DNA of 64,000 nucleotides from Helicobacteraceae bacterium (GCA_050874285.1 JBNMKJ010000002.1:16374-80373), one strand, 5' to 3'; positions 49,488 to 59,787 are shown, counted from the stretch's first letter. Notes: generated by a model from the sequence alone, not told the origin. Numbers and translations: made by a program.

Positions 49488-50913
49488 GCTAACTCACTTT
49501 TAATAATCTCTAATATTTTATCCGCCACACTAGGAAAATTGACTCGCACGATTTCTTTGGCAAATTTGATTCGTTCTTCTTTTTTTGTGTCTTGTCCCGC
49601 AATTATGATTTTTTCAATAAAATCTATAATGTCAGATTCGCTAAAAGCGTGATAATAGTGTTTTAAGCACTCACTTCCTAAAGTGGCTAAATTCCTATCA
49701 TTTGTAGCACTATCTTTTAGCATATAGCAACAAGGATTGTCGGTATAGAGATATTCGCCAATAAATGAGCCACAATCGTGCAAAATTCCATCGGAGTTTA
49801 TAAATGTCTCAAAGTATTCACCACCTTCTTGATATTCGACATTGTTAAATGTTTTAAGTTTGGCTAGGTAATTATCTAATTTTTCTTGTCCCCAATATTC
49901 ATCTTTTGCTAATGCTATAACCAAAAGTGGGTGCGGACGAAACACAAAATCAATTTGCGGATATTTTTCAAAAATTTCTAAAAAGAAATCCGCATAGCGC
50001 AAAAAGTTTGATAATTGCAAAACGGGATTATATTTTGCATTTAGCGTGTGGTGTGGAGCAATGATAATTTTTTTGCGCTCACGCAATTTGTGCTTAATAT
50101 TTGCAATAGAATCCATTTTAATATAACCACTTAATATCGCATTTGCACCGCGATTTATGGTAATGGAGTTGTATTCATTAAGTCCAAATTGCGTATCGAC
50201 AAAAATTTTCCAGCAAAGATTTAAAACAAAAGTGGGGACTATTTCGTTGCGATTCCACGATGCGCAACCCATAGCATAAGGTGTAAATAAAACCAAAATT
50301 TGCTTTGATGCTGCATACCTTATGGAATAGATTTCATCGCTCATAGTTTCATAAGGCTGAGAAGTCGCAAGTATATCCATATCATCGCTAAAATCTATAA
50401 ATTCCTTAGTATTTTCATCATAGCATTTATGAACTAAGTCGCCATAGTCTTTTGACAGCGTTTTATATCCCTTATCTACTTGATAGAACATATTTTCATC
50501 ACCTCTAACAATATCTGGTATAATGACTATGTATGGCTCAAATAGCGAATCGCTTTGCATTTTTTCAAAAAGTGGTTTAAATGGAAAGGCACTATCATAG
50601 ATGATATAGAAGCAAACTTTTATTTTTTGATTCGTTGCTATTTTGTTTTTTAGTTGAGTTATTTTGCTTTGGACTTGTGCTTGGAGTTTTGTGTTTAATC
50701 GCGCCCAATTATTGTGGTATATGGGAGCAATACACCCATTGTAGGATTCAAAGTTTGAAATATCATCTAGCGTTACATTTGGGCTAGAGTTTAGTGGATT
50801 CCCCCCCCCATATTAGCATTTATGGTGTTTCGCGTTAGCAAATCATATACAACTTGCTTTTTTGTTTTATTTTTTACCAATTTAGTAATACATTGCGCCA
50901 AAATCGGATGCAT
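49484..50913 (-). pseudogene. CDP-glycerol:glycerophosphate transferase (TagF-like) family protein, phase-OFF
   Basis: ATG 50913 after aggagag reads ..NMGGGIH-stop at G9; G10 joins it to 49484-50560 (IIAPHHT, FRPHPLL, DCGSFIGEY), 476 aa. Confidence 0.75.
50801..50809 (-). repeat. G9 (C9 on + strand) phase-variation tract (OFF)
   Basis: gtggatt-CCCCCCCCC-atattag. Confidence 0.88.
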
Positions 50914-51021
50914 AATCTCTCCTTTTTTATGATTTTAAGATGAAAAAGCGTGATTATAGCATAAAATTAAGCTATAATTTTACTTTTAATTTTTAAGGGC
51001 AGGTTTTATTAAGGACAAAAT

Positions 51022-51717
51022 ATGGATTGTGTGTTAGAAATATCGCATTTAAGCAAGAATTACGGCGCGACAAACGCGCTAAATGATGTGAGTTTGCGAA
51101 TCGAGCGAGGCGAAATCGTGGGGCTTTTGGGACCAAATGGCTCGGGTAAAACGACTTTGCTAAAGATTATAAACGGGCTTGTCAATAATTACAACGGCGA
51201 GGTAAAGATTTTAGGGCAGAGATTGAGTGTCGAATCAAAAGGCAGAGTGGCGTTTTTGCCCGATAGCAATTTCGTGCCTGAATCGTGGAGCGTGATTCGG
51301 CTATTAGAATTTTTTGGCGACTTTTTTGATGATTTTAACAAAGCCCGTGCGATGAGTTTGCTTGGCGATTTAGACATAAATATCAATGCGAGATTCAAAG
51401 CACTATCCAAAGGCACAAAGGAAAAATTACAATTAAGCCTAGTTTTGAGCCGTGATGCGGATATTTATATGTTTGATGAGCCGATTGCTGGAGTCGACCC
51501 AAAGGCGCGGGATTTGATTTTTCGCCTAATTTTGGATAATTATAATAAAGACGCGAGTATTATCATCTCTACGCACCTTGTGCGCGATGTGGAGAGCATT
51601 TTGACAAGCGCGATTTTCTTGCGTTATGGCGCGGTGGTGGCTTACGATTCGGTGGCGAATCTCAAGGCAAAATACGGCGATAAAAATTTAGAAGACATTT
51701 TTAAGGAATTAGTATGA
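51022..51717 (+). CDS. ABC transporter ATP-binding protein
   Basis: GPNGSGKTT, LSKGTKEK, FDEPIAGVD, STH. Confidence 0.92.
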   Translation: MDCVLEISHLSKNYGATNALNDVSLRIERGEIVGLLGPNGSGKTTLLKIINGLVNNYNGEVKILGQRLSVESKGRVAFLPDSNFVPESWSVIRLLEFFGDFFDDFNKARAMSLLGDLDININARFKALSKGTKEKLQLSLVLSRDADIYMFDEPIAGVDPKARDLIFRLILDNYNKDASIIISTHLVRDVESILTSAIFLRYGAVVAYDSVANLKAKYGDKNLEDIFKELV

Positions 51718-52472
51718 ATCAAATTGAAAAACCCCCCATTTTTCGCAAGTTTGGCAAGTTGCTGAAGTATGATTTTTTGGAGAGCATTTATAGTATTTTG
51801 CTGATAAATGGCATTTTGTTGCTACTTATGGCACTTTTAAAGGTGTTGCTGACGAGCGATTCGGTTATATCGCTGATTTTGGCATTTGCGATTCCTTTAG
51901 GATATGTGCTGAGCTTGGTTTTTTTGACTATGACTATCATTCGGTTGCTTTATAGTCGTATTTTTACGCCTGATGGATATTTGACTTTTGCGTTGCCTGT
52001 GAGTTTAGATGCGATTTTGATTTCAAAGATTTTGGTTAGCTCTATTTATGTGATTCTTAGCTCTTTTGTGATTGCCGTGTGGGCGTTGCTAATAAGTGAG
52101 ATAATGAATATCGCAGATATTATGGGGCTACTTAGAGAGACTATCAGCAGTGAGTATTATGCCTTTATCATCGCGTGGATTTTAAGTGGCGTTGTGAGTA
52201 TTTTTTCGATGAGTGCGCTTGTGCTACTTATCTTAGCGATTTTGCATATCGGGGCAATCACGCGCTTTAGGACGCTATGTGGAATCGCGCTATTTATGTT
52301 TTTTATGTTTTTGGAAAGCATTTGTTATGGAATCTTTCTTGAAGGCGTCTCACAAGATAGCATAAAATCACTGCAAAATCTCGCATTCACAGGCTTGGCG
52401 TTTAATATTTTTAAAACGGCGATTTATTACTATTTGGCGCGATATTTGATAGCTAATAAATTAGAGATTTAA
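51714..52472 (+). CDS. ABC-2-type permease
   Basis: 6 TM segments, GYLTFALPV..ILISKIL; ATGA overlap with the ATPase. Confidence 0.8.
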   Translation: MNQIEKPPIFRKFGKLLKYDFLESIYSILLINGILLLLMALLKVLLTSDSVISLILAFAIPLGYVLSLVFLTMTIIRLLYSRIFTPDGYLTFALPVSLDAILISKILVSSIYVILSSFVIAVWALLISEIMNIADIMGLLRETISSEYYAFIIAWILSGVVSIFSMSALVLLILAILHIGAITRFRTLCGIALFMFFMFLESICYGIFLEGVSQDSIKSLQNLAFTGLAFNIFKTAIYYYLARYLIANKLEI

Positions 52473-52485
52473 AAGGGGGCGAAAA

Positions 52486-53325
52486 ATGCTAGATTCGATA
52501 ATAAATGCCATAAAATGCAGTGCGTTAGAGATTGATAAAATCCTAAAACGCGCGAATTTCGACTATGCCGACACAAAAAATAGCACAGGCGATTTACAGC
52601 TCACAAGCGATGTGGAGGCAAATGAGATTCTTAAAAACGCGCTTTTGGGACTAGAGGCAGTCAAAGGAATCGCAAGTGAGGAAGAATCCGAAGTTATTTA
52701 TAAAGAAAATGGCGAGGGCGCGTATTTGGTGGCGTTTGACCCGCTTGATGGAAGCTCGATTGTGGATTCAAACTTTAGCGTGGGAAGCATTTTTGGCATT
52801 TACAACGGCGAATTTAAAGCGCAAAATCTAATCGCAAGTGGCTATGTGCTTTATGGCGTGAGAATTGAACTAATCATCGCCCAAGAGGAAGTGGCTCGTT
52901 ATGTATATGACGGCGCACATTGGCGATTTAGCGGGAATCTTATGCTAAAAGAGCAGGGCAAAATCAACGCGCCCGGTGGCACACAAAAGCATTGGCGCAC
53001 GAATCACAAATTACTTATCGAATCACTATTTTTAGAGGGCTACCGATTGCGATATAGTGGCGGAATGGTGCCAGACTTGCATAATATTTTGATAAAAGGT
53101 GGCGGACTTTTTAGCTATCCTGCTACGACTGACGCGCCGAACGGCAAACTCCGCGCACTTTTTGAGGTGCTACCATTTGCGTTAATCTTTGAATGCGCGG
53201 GAGGCGGGGCGATTGATGGCAAAAATCGATTGCTTGATTTGGAGATTAGCTCCACTCATCAAAGTCTGCCCTGCTTTTTTGGTAGCAAATATGAAATAGA
53301 GCGCGTAAAGGTGGCGTATAAATGA
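52486..53325 (+). CDS. fbp: fructose-1,6-bisphosphatase class 1
   Basis: SEE, FDPLDGSS, RYSGGMVPD, GKLRALFEVLP. Confidence 0.95.
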   Translation: MLDSIINAIKCSALEIDKILKRANFDYADTKNSTGDLQLTSDVEANEILKNALLGLEAVKGIASEEESEVIYKENGEGAYLVAFDPLDGSSIVDSNFSVGSIFGIYNGEFKAQNLIASGYVLYGVRIELIIAQEEVARYVYDGAHWRFSGNLMLKEQGKINAPGGTQKHWRTNHKLLIESLFLEGYRLRYSGGMVPDLHNILIKGGGLFSYPATTDAPNGKLRALFEVLPFALIFECAGGGAIDGKNRLLDLEISSTHQSLPCFFGSKYEIERVKVAYK

Positions 53326-53361
53326 ATCTAACATTTGCGAATCTAAGGGAGGCAGTCTAAA

Positions 53362-53568
53362 ATGGAAGCTGTGAAAGAGCAGAGCGTTTATGAAAAGCAG
53401 CTAGATTCAAAACTCGCAGAATTGCAATCCTGCCAAAGCCAAAAGGGCGTGGATTCGTGCCTAAAATGTGCGAATCTTATTGGCTGTGAGTTACGAAATA
53501 GCTATGTCGATGCTGTTTATCAAAGTATGAATGGCGGGACTAGCGGGGAGTTTGACTTTGATGGATAA
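53362..53568 (+). CDS. small Cys-containing conserved hypothetical protein
   Basis: ggagg Shine-Dalgarno; CQ..SCLKC..GCELRNSYVDAVY. Confidence 0.7.
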   Translation: MEAVKEQSVYEKQLDSKLAELQSCQSQKGVDSCLKCANLIGCELRNSYVDAVYQSMNGGTSGEFDFDG

Positions 53569-53683
53569 TGAGAATTTTTGTGCGAATCTAGGCACGATTC
53601 GCCGTGCGAATTTTGCGAATCTATGTGCGATTCGATATATGATTCGCCACGCCAAAAATACCAAAAAATAAAAGGAATTTAAC

Positions 53684-55639
53684 TTGAAAGATATATTTAT
53701 AACTTCGCCGATTTATTATGTAAATGACATTCCACACATAGGACACGCCTATACGACAATCGCTTGTGATGCGTTTAAAAAATATCAGATTCTTAAAGGC
53801 AACAATGCCATTTTGCTAACAGGCACAGATGAGCACGGGCAAAAGATAGAAAATAGCGCGAAAGCAAAAGGTAAAGCCCCACAAGAATACGCCGATGAGA
53901 TTAGCGCGAAATTCCGCAATCTGTGGGATTACTTTGGCATTGACTATGACTATTTTGTCCGCACCACAGATGATTACCACGATTGTGGCGTGAAACACGC
54001 TTTTGAGATTATGCAAAAAAAAGGCGACATTTATAAAGGGGAATATGAGGGCAATTACTGCGTGAGTTGCGAGACATTTTTTACCAAAAGGCAGCTAATT
54101 GATGGCGAAAAATGCCCAGATTGCGGGAAGCCCACCAAAGAGATAAAAGAAGAGAGCTACTTTTTCGCGCTAAGCAAGTATGAAAAGCGACTTTTAGCGT
54201 GGTATGCGGAAAATGAAGATGTGATTTTGCCAAAATTTAAGCGTAATGAAGTCATTAAATTTGTCGAAAATGGGCTAAGCGATTTATCCATTACGCGCTC
54301 GACTTTTAGCTGGGGCATTTCTCTGCCAAAAAGCGCGAATGATACCACGCATATCATTTATGTGTGGCTAGACGCGCTACTAAGCTATATCACGCCACTT
54401 GGCTTTGGCAATACGCGCAAGGAAAATAAAATGTCGCTATTTGAAAACGCCTATCATTTCGTGGGTAAGGACATTTTGCGATTTCACGCGATTTTTTGGC
54501 CTGCGTTTTTAATGAGCCTTGATTTGCCCCTGCCAAAGCGCATTTTCACGCACGGCTGGTGGCTGATTGAGGGTGCAAAAATGAGTAAATCTATCGGCAA
54601 TGTGGTGAATCCAAAGGATATTGCGGACGCATATAGCTTGGAGGTTTTGCGCTATTTTCTTTTGCGCGAAGTGCCTTTTGGGCAAGATGGCGATTTTGCG
54701 ATTCGCGCATTGATTGAGCGCACAAACGCCGAGCTAAGCGACAGCTTGGGGAATTTGCTAAATCGATTGCTTGGAATGAGCGAAAAATATTTCGCACTAA
54801 AGATTGAGGCAAATGATTTCACAGGGCTAAAATTCGAGCAAAAAAGCGTGGATTCAATCATAAAATCGCTAGATTCGCTAATGGAAAATATGACGCCAAA
54901 TCGCTATCTAGAGGAACTTTGGAAGCTATTTGACTTGGCAAATGGGCTAATCACGCAATATGCGCCGTGGGAGATGATGAAAGAGGGCAGGACGCGCGAA
55001 GTGGCGAGTTTGCTCGTATTTATCGCAAATATTTTGGCAAAAGCCGCGCTTTTAATCTACCCCGTGCTACCCAAAAGTGCCAAATCTATGGCGGAATCGC
55101 TGGGAATTACGCTTGATTCATACAGCGACTTAATAGCGCAATCCAAATATCTAATGAAATTTAATCTCACCAAAATTCCGCCTTTGTTTCCTAAAATAGA
55201 GGTGGATTCGTCATTGCGAGGGAGCGAAGCAACCAAAGCAATCCACGAATCGTCAAAAAGTGGCTCGTCATTGCGAGATTCGGCAACGCCGAATCGTGGC
55301 AATCCACTTGATTCTATGCCACAAATCACTATAAAAGATTTTCAAAAAATCGACATTCGCGTGGGCGAAATCTTAGAGGCGAATCGCATAGAGGGAAGCG
55401 AAAAATTGCTAGTATTTCAAATCGATTTTGGCGACTTTGGGAGGCGACAGATTGTCTCTGGAATCGCGCAATTTTACGCGCCAAATGAACTCATCGGCAA
55501 AAAAATCTGCGCCATTATCAATCTAAAACCCACTAAAATTATGGGCGTAAAAAGCGAGGGAATGCTACTAACAAGCGAGGATTCGCAGGGCGTAGCATTG
55601 CTTTTTGCTACTACAAGCTCGGGAGGAAAGGTCAGCTAA
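53684..55639 (+). CDS. metG: methionine--tRNA ligase (long form with C-terminal tRNA-binding domain)
   Basis: PIYYVNDIPHIGH, GTDEHGQKI, CPDC knuckle, KMSKS, C-terminal DIRVG..KSEGML. Confidence 0.98.
   Translation: MKDIFITSPIYYVNDIPHIGHAYTTIACDAFKKYQILKGNNAILLTGTDEHGQKIENSAKAKGKAPQEYADEISAKFRNLWDYFGIDYDYFVRTTDDYHDCGVKHAFEIMQKKGDIYKGEYEGNYCVSCETFFTKRQLIDGEKCPDCGKPTKEIKEESYFFALSKYEKRLLAWYAENEDVILPKFKRNEVIKFVENGLSDLSITRSTFSWGISLPKSANDTTHIIYVWLDALLSYITPLGFGNTRKENKMSLFENAYHFVGKDILRFHAIFWPAFLMSLDLPLPKRIFTHGWWLIEGAKMSKSIGNVVNPKDIADAYSLEVLRYFLLREVPFGQDGDFAIRALIERTNAELSDSLGNLLNRLLGMSEKYFALKIEANDFTGLKFEQKSVDSIIKSLDSLMENMTPNRYLEELWKLFDLANGLITQYAPWEMMKEGRTREVASLLVFIANILAKAALLIYPVLPKSAKSMAESLGITLDSYSDLIAQSKYLMKFNLTKIPPLFPKIEVDSSLRGSEATKAIHESSKSGSSLRDSATPNRGNPLDSMPQITIKDFQKIDIRVGEILEANRIEGSEKLLVFQIDFGDFGRRQIVSGIAQFYAPNELIGKKICAIINLKPTKIMGVKSEGMLLTSEDSQGVALLFATTSSGGKVS
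55209..55305 (+). repeat. two tandem CGTC-type palindromic repeats in frame inside metG
   Basis: 55209-55244 cgtcattgcgag..aaagcaatcc and 55266-55305 cgtcattgcga-gattcggc-aac-gccgaatc-gtggcaatcc. Confidence 0.9.
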
Positions 55640-55683
55640 ATGAGCGCGAATTCTAAAATTGCCATAAAATCACAGGAAACAAA

Positions 55684-56634
55684 TTGTATTTAGATGATTT
55701 TGTAGAAATTATCGGCGGAAAAATCTGCTCCACACCGCGAATCTCACACATAAATGCGCTAACAAGCCAAATTGATAATTTGCTAAAAGGCGATGCCTTT
55801 ATCTTACGCAATCACGCGGATTTGGGCGAGGCGATAAATCGCGGTGCTTACGCGATTGTGAGTGATTGCTTTTGTGATATTAGCGATGATGAGGTGGCTT
55901 TGGTGCTTGTGGATAGCTTGGAAGTCGCGCTAAACCGCTTTGTGAAGTATATGCAGCTCACAAATGGCATTCAAATTTTTGCCTTTGAGAAAAGCACATT
56001 TGCCTTAGCACAGGCTATTTCGCGCGATAAAAATATCGCATTTGCAAAGAATATCTTTGAAGTGGTGGAGGCGATTCATTGCAAAATCATTATTGTGGAT
56101 TTTGAATCGCTATTTTTTGAGGTAAAACCGCTTAAAAATACAAGTAATTTGCTTTTTACGATTTTATACCAAACGCTTTTTGAGCTAAAAATTGAGTTTG
56201 AAAATAATATTTTTGAGCTAATTTTGCCTAGCTTTTTGATTAAAGATTTAAATAATATTTTGCATTTTTTCAAGCAAAAGCATATCGAATTTAAGATTGC
56301 ATTTGATGAAAATCTCTTTTTACCACTTTTTATAAATACTTCCGCTAGAGCCGTAAAATACGGGCAAACAATGCGATTCGTCCTTGCCACAAAGGACAAA
56401 AAAATGCTAAAGCGATATATCGATTTTAGCCTAAATGCCAAATGGGGACGCACTCTTTTGCTAAGCAAAAAAGAGCTAAATTCATTTCAAAATATCGAGT
56501 GCAAAATTTATAAAAATAACGATGATTTACTAGAATCTTTTATGTTAGAAAAATATCACTTTTTTGTCGTCTATGGCGTAGAAAAAGATGAGATAATATT
56601 AAAAGATGAATGCGTAGAGCAAAGCCTATTTTAG
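55684..56634 (+). CDS. conserved hypothetical protein with a Mur-ligase N-terminal-like domain
   Basis: LKGDAFI..AINRGAYAIV resembles the MurE/MurF N-domain; no ATP-binding GKTT motif. Confidence 0.55.
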   Translation: MYLDDFVEIIGGKICSTPRISHINALTSQIDNLLKGDAFILRNHADLGEAINRGAYAIVSDCFCDISDDEVALVLVDSLEVALNRFVKYMQLTNGIQIFAFEKSTFALAQAISRDKNIAFAKNIFEVVEAIHCKIIIVDFESLFFEVKPLKNTSNLLFTILYQTLFELKIEFENNIFELILPSFLIKDLNNILHFFKQKHIEFKIAFDENLFLPLFINTSARAVKYGQTMRFVLATKDKKMLKRYIDFSLNAKWGRTLLLSKKELNSFQNIECKIYKNNDDLLESFMLEKYHFFVVYGVEKDEIILKDECVEQSLF

Positions 56635-57061
56635 GCATTTTAAAAAAAATGCGCGTAAATATTGTTTTTTGATATGACTTACAGCGATGATAGGCGACTT
56701 AGCGAAATGGTGGCTATGAATTGCGCGACATTTTGCTTGACGCACAAAAAGCAGAACATAAATGCGCATTAAGACTAACACAAGACTACAAAAAGATTTC
56801 CTCAATCTATCGCAAACTACTGCGAATCCTTAGCAGGTGCGCAACAATATAGTGATAAAATTTGTGGCAAATCAAGGGGCGAATCTGTCGTAGATTTGGC
56901 GGTGGATTCGGTAGATTCGGCGAATGTAGATTCAAGTGCGGATTTAGTTGCGATTCATCACCACGAAATTTGCGTGTTAAAAAAAATCGACTATACTGCC
57001 CAAAATAGAGATTATTGAAAAATTGATAGAGTTTTTGGGCGAATTTTTTAAAGCCATTTTT

Positions 57062-58909
57062 TTATTTTTCGCGCCTTAAGTATCCCTCATCGATTAAGGC
57101 GGTAATGACTTTTTTGGCAATCGGTGCGGCGGTTTGCGCGGCGTAGTAGTTGCTAGATGAGGCTTCAAAGACGACCACGCCGATAGTGTAATTTGCCTTT
57201 TTGTCTTTGGCAAAGCCGAAAAATGAGCCTATGTAGGCGTCTTGGTAGCGTCCGCTGGTGGCGATTCGCGCTGTGCCTGTTTTGCCACCCACGACTATGC
57301 CTTTGACTTGGGCGATTTTTGCCGTGCCTTTTTCCACAGTTTTGATTAAAGTGCGCTCCATTACATTCGCGCTATATTCGCCCAAAATGCTTATGCGCGA
57401 TTTTGTGGCGTTAATGTCGGCTTTTTTCATATTTGCATTTAGCGTATAGTCGCGCAGGTAAGGATTTATCAAATATCCGCCATTAGCAAACGCCGCATAG
57501 GCGCGGAGCATTTGCATAAAAGTCGCCCTCATTCCATAGCCATAGCTCACACTGCCCTTATACACGAAAGAGCTAAGCGTATTTGCACTTGGAATTATGC
57601 CCGTTTTTTCGTAAGGTAAGTCAATTTCCGTAGGACGCGAAAAGCCAAACGCCACAAGTGCGTTATGATAAGTCCTAGAATTGAGCCGTTGCGCCATTTG
57701 AATCATACCGATATTGCTGGATAGCACGATGATATTTTCCGCACTCGCGTATTTTTGCGCGTGTGAATCGCGAATCGTGTATTTTCCTAGATTATACGCG
57801 CCATTGTAGAGATTAAAAACTTCATTGGGGCTAACAAGCCTTTTTTCTAGCAAAATCGAAAATATAATGGGCTTCATAATGCTTCCCGGCTCAAAGCTCA
57901 GCTCCACAAAGCTAGGATTTAGCTTACTATAATCACTTGATTTGATTTTTTTGGGGTCAAAGCGATTGGAACTAGCTAAGGCTAGGATTCGCCCCGTGTT
58001 TGAATCCATAATTCCCACGGCGATTTCTTTGGATTCAATGCCTATGTCATCGATGATATTTTCGATTTTCTTTTGTAATTTTAGTGGAATGGTTAGCACC
58101 ACACTTTTGCCGTCAATGCGCTGTTTTAGCGTGGCGTCCTTTGCCAAAATCAAATTAAACCCAATGTCTCTATCGCCTTGATAAAGTCCATCTTGCTTGG
58201 AGACTAAAAGCCCGTCATAATGCTTTTCAATGCCTTTTATGCCCTTTGGCTTGGTGATTCCATCGCTTTCAAGTTTATTTGTGTAGCCTAAAATCGGCTC
58301 TATTATGTCCTTGTAGAGATATTCGCGTGATTCGCCACTGATTTCAATGTCTAAGCCAGATTTTGGATAGATTTTGCCGTGATATTCATAAGGGCGAAAA
58401 ACGCCGTTTTTGATGAGCTTTTTATTGAGCTGTTTTAGATTCAGTGCGGTTTTTGGACTGAGATTGTATGAAAGCACGACATTGCCACCGCTATTTAGCC
58501 GCTCACGCAGATATTCCTCGCTCATTCCACTATAAATGGCAACAAGGCGGACAAAAAAGTCCATTTTTTCGGGGTCAATGCTCTTTTTTATTACGCTAAC
58601 TTTGTAGCGATTCTTACTACTTGCGAGGCTAAATCCATCGTTACTATAAATATTGCCTCGTTGCGAAAGCTCTTTTTTGGTCGTCTCTAGCGTGGGAAGT
58701 TTGCGTGTGTGAGAAGTGATATTTGTGTATAAAATGACTACAAACAGCACCAAAAACACCAAAAGAAAGAGATAAAGCAAAATAATGCCATTCGTGCGTG
58801 AGCTATGCTCGATTTGCTTAACTCGCTCTTGCTCTTTGTTGTATTTCTGCCCTACTTCAAACTCATCATCAAAATCAAGCTGAAAGTCTGCGTCATCATA
58901 ATTTTGCAT
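57062..58909 (-). CDS. ftsI: class B penicillin-binding protein (FtsI)
   Basis: FEPGSIMK (SxxK), SSN (SxN), GGKTGTA (KTG); adjacent to fliE. Confidence 0.88.
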   Translation of the reverse strand: MQNYDDADFQLDFDDEFEVGQKYNKEQERVKQIEHSSRTNGIILLYLFLLVFLVLFVVILYTNITSHTRKLPTLETTKKELSQRGNIYSNDGFSLASSKNRYKVSVIKKSIDPEKMDFFVRLVAIYSGMSEEYLRERLNSGGNVVLSYNLSPKTALNLKQLNKKLIKNGVFRPYEYHGKIYPKSGLDIEISGESREYLYKDIIEPILGYTNKLESDGITKPKGIKGIEKHYDGLLVSKQDGLYQGDRDIGFNLILAKDATLKQRIDGKSVVLTIPLKLQKKIENIIDDIGIESKEIAVGIMDSNTGRILALASSNRFDPKKIKSSDYSKLNPSFVELSFEPGSIMKPIIFSILLEKRLVSPNEVFNLYNGAYNLGKYTIRDSHAQKYASAENIIVLSSNIGMIQMAQRLNSRTYHNALVAFGFSRPTEIDLPYEKTGIIPSANTLSSFVYKGSVSYGYGMRATFMQMLRAYAAFANGGYLINPYLRDYTLNANMKKADINATKSRISILGEYSANVMERTLIKTVEKGTAKIAQVKGIVVGGKTGTARIATSGRYQDAYIGSFFGFAKDKKANYTIGVVVFEASSSNYYAAQTAAPIAKKVITALIDEGYLRREK

Positions 58910-58956
58910 ATATTTTCGCTTCTAGCCTCCGTGCTAAATTACGCTAATTTTAGCCC

Positions 58957-59259
58957 TTAAACTTGCGTCCTTAGGATTTCTTTATAAGCGTTTATGGCTT
59001 TGTTGCGGACTTCTAGCATTGTTTTCATACTCATTTCCGCCTTGCCGATTGCGATTGCCGCTTGGTGCAAATCTTTAATCTGCCCACTAGCCACATCTGC
59101 TAGGGCTTCTTCGCTGACTTTTTGCGCTTTATTTACTTCGTCAAACGCCTCTTTCATCGAATCCATAAAGCCTTTTAGATTCGTATTTTTTTTGTTTGAA
59201 TCTAGCTTAATATCGTCTAATTTTAGCGGATTTACGCTATTTGTGCCGTTTAGATTCAT
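58957..59259 (-). CDS. fliE: flagellar hook-basal body protein FliE
   Basis: DLHQAAIAIGKAE, VRNKAINAYKEILR. Confidence 0.95.
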   Translation of the reverse strand: MNLNGTNSVNPLKLDDIKLDSNKKNTNLKGFMDSMKEAFDEVNKAQKVSEEALADVASGQIKDLHQAAIAIGKAEMSMKTMLEVRNKAINAYKEILRTQV

Positions 59260-59277
59260 AAAAATTCTCCTTAATAT

Positions 59278-59772
59278 TTATGCTTGAAACATCATTATAG
59301 CATTATTTGCCATATTTTTTGCACTTTGAAACGCAGCGACATTTGCTTGATAAGCTCGAGTTGCCTCAATCAAATCTGCCATTTCCACCACAGGATTCAC
59401 ATTTGGATAGGCTACATAGCCATTTTCATCAGCATCTGGGTGTGAAGGCTCATATTTCAATATCGGCTCTTTATCATCGCGCACAATTTTATCGACATAC
59501 ACGCTCATAATGCTTGGCTTTGGCTCTTTATCCCAAACGCCCTCGCTTAGCGGGTCTTCGTATTTTAGCAAATTATTATCTTTGCCTATTTTTCTATTTA
59601 GCTCTTTGTTGAAATCAAATGCTTTGAAAATCACCTCTCTGCGCCGATACGCGCCACCTTCATCGGTGCGAGTAGAGTTTGCATTAGCGATATTTGATGA
59701 GATGATATTTAGGCGGAATCGTTGCGCACTTAGCCCATATCCGCTAATATCAAAGCTACCTAAAAATGCCAT
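59278..59772 (-). CDS. flgC: flagellar basal-body rod protein FlgC
   Basis: ISSNIANANSTR, YEPSHPDAD, PNVNPVVEMADLI. Confidence 0.97.
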   Translation of the reverse strand: MAFLGSFDISGYGLSAQRFRLNIISSNIANANSTRTDEGGAYRRREVIFKAFDFNKELNRKIGKDNNLLKYEDPLSEGVWDKEPKPSIMSVYVDKIVRDDKEPILKYEPSHPDADENGYVAYPNVNPVVEMADLIEATRAYQANVAAFQSAKNMANNAIMMFQA

Positions 59773-59787
59773 TTTCGCCTCCTTAAA

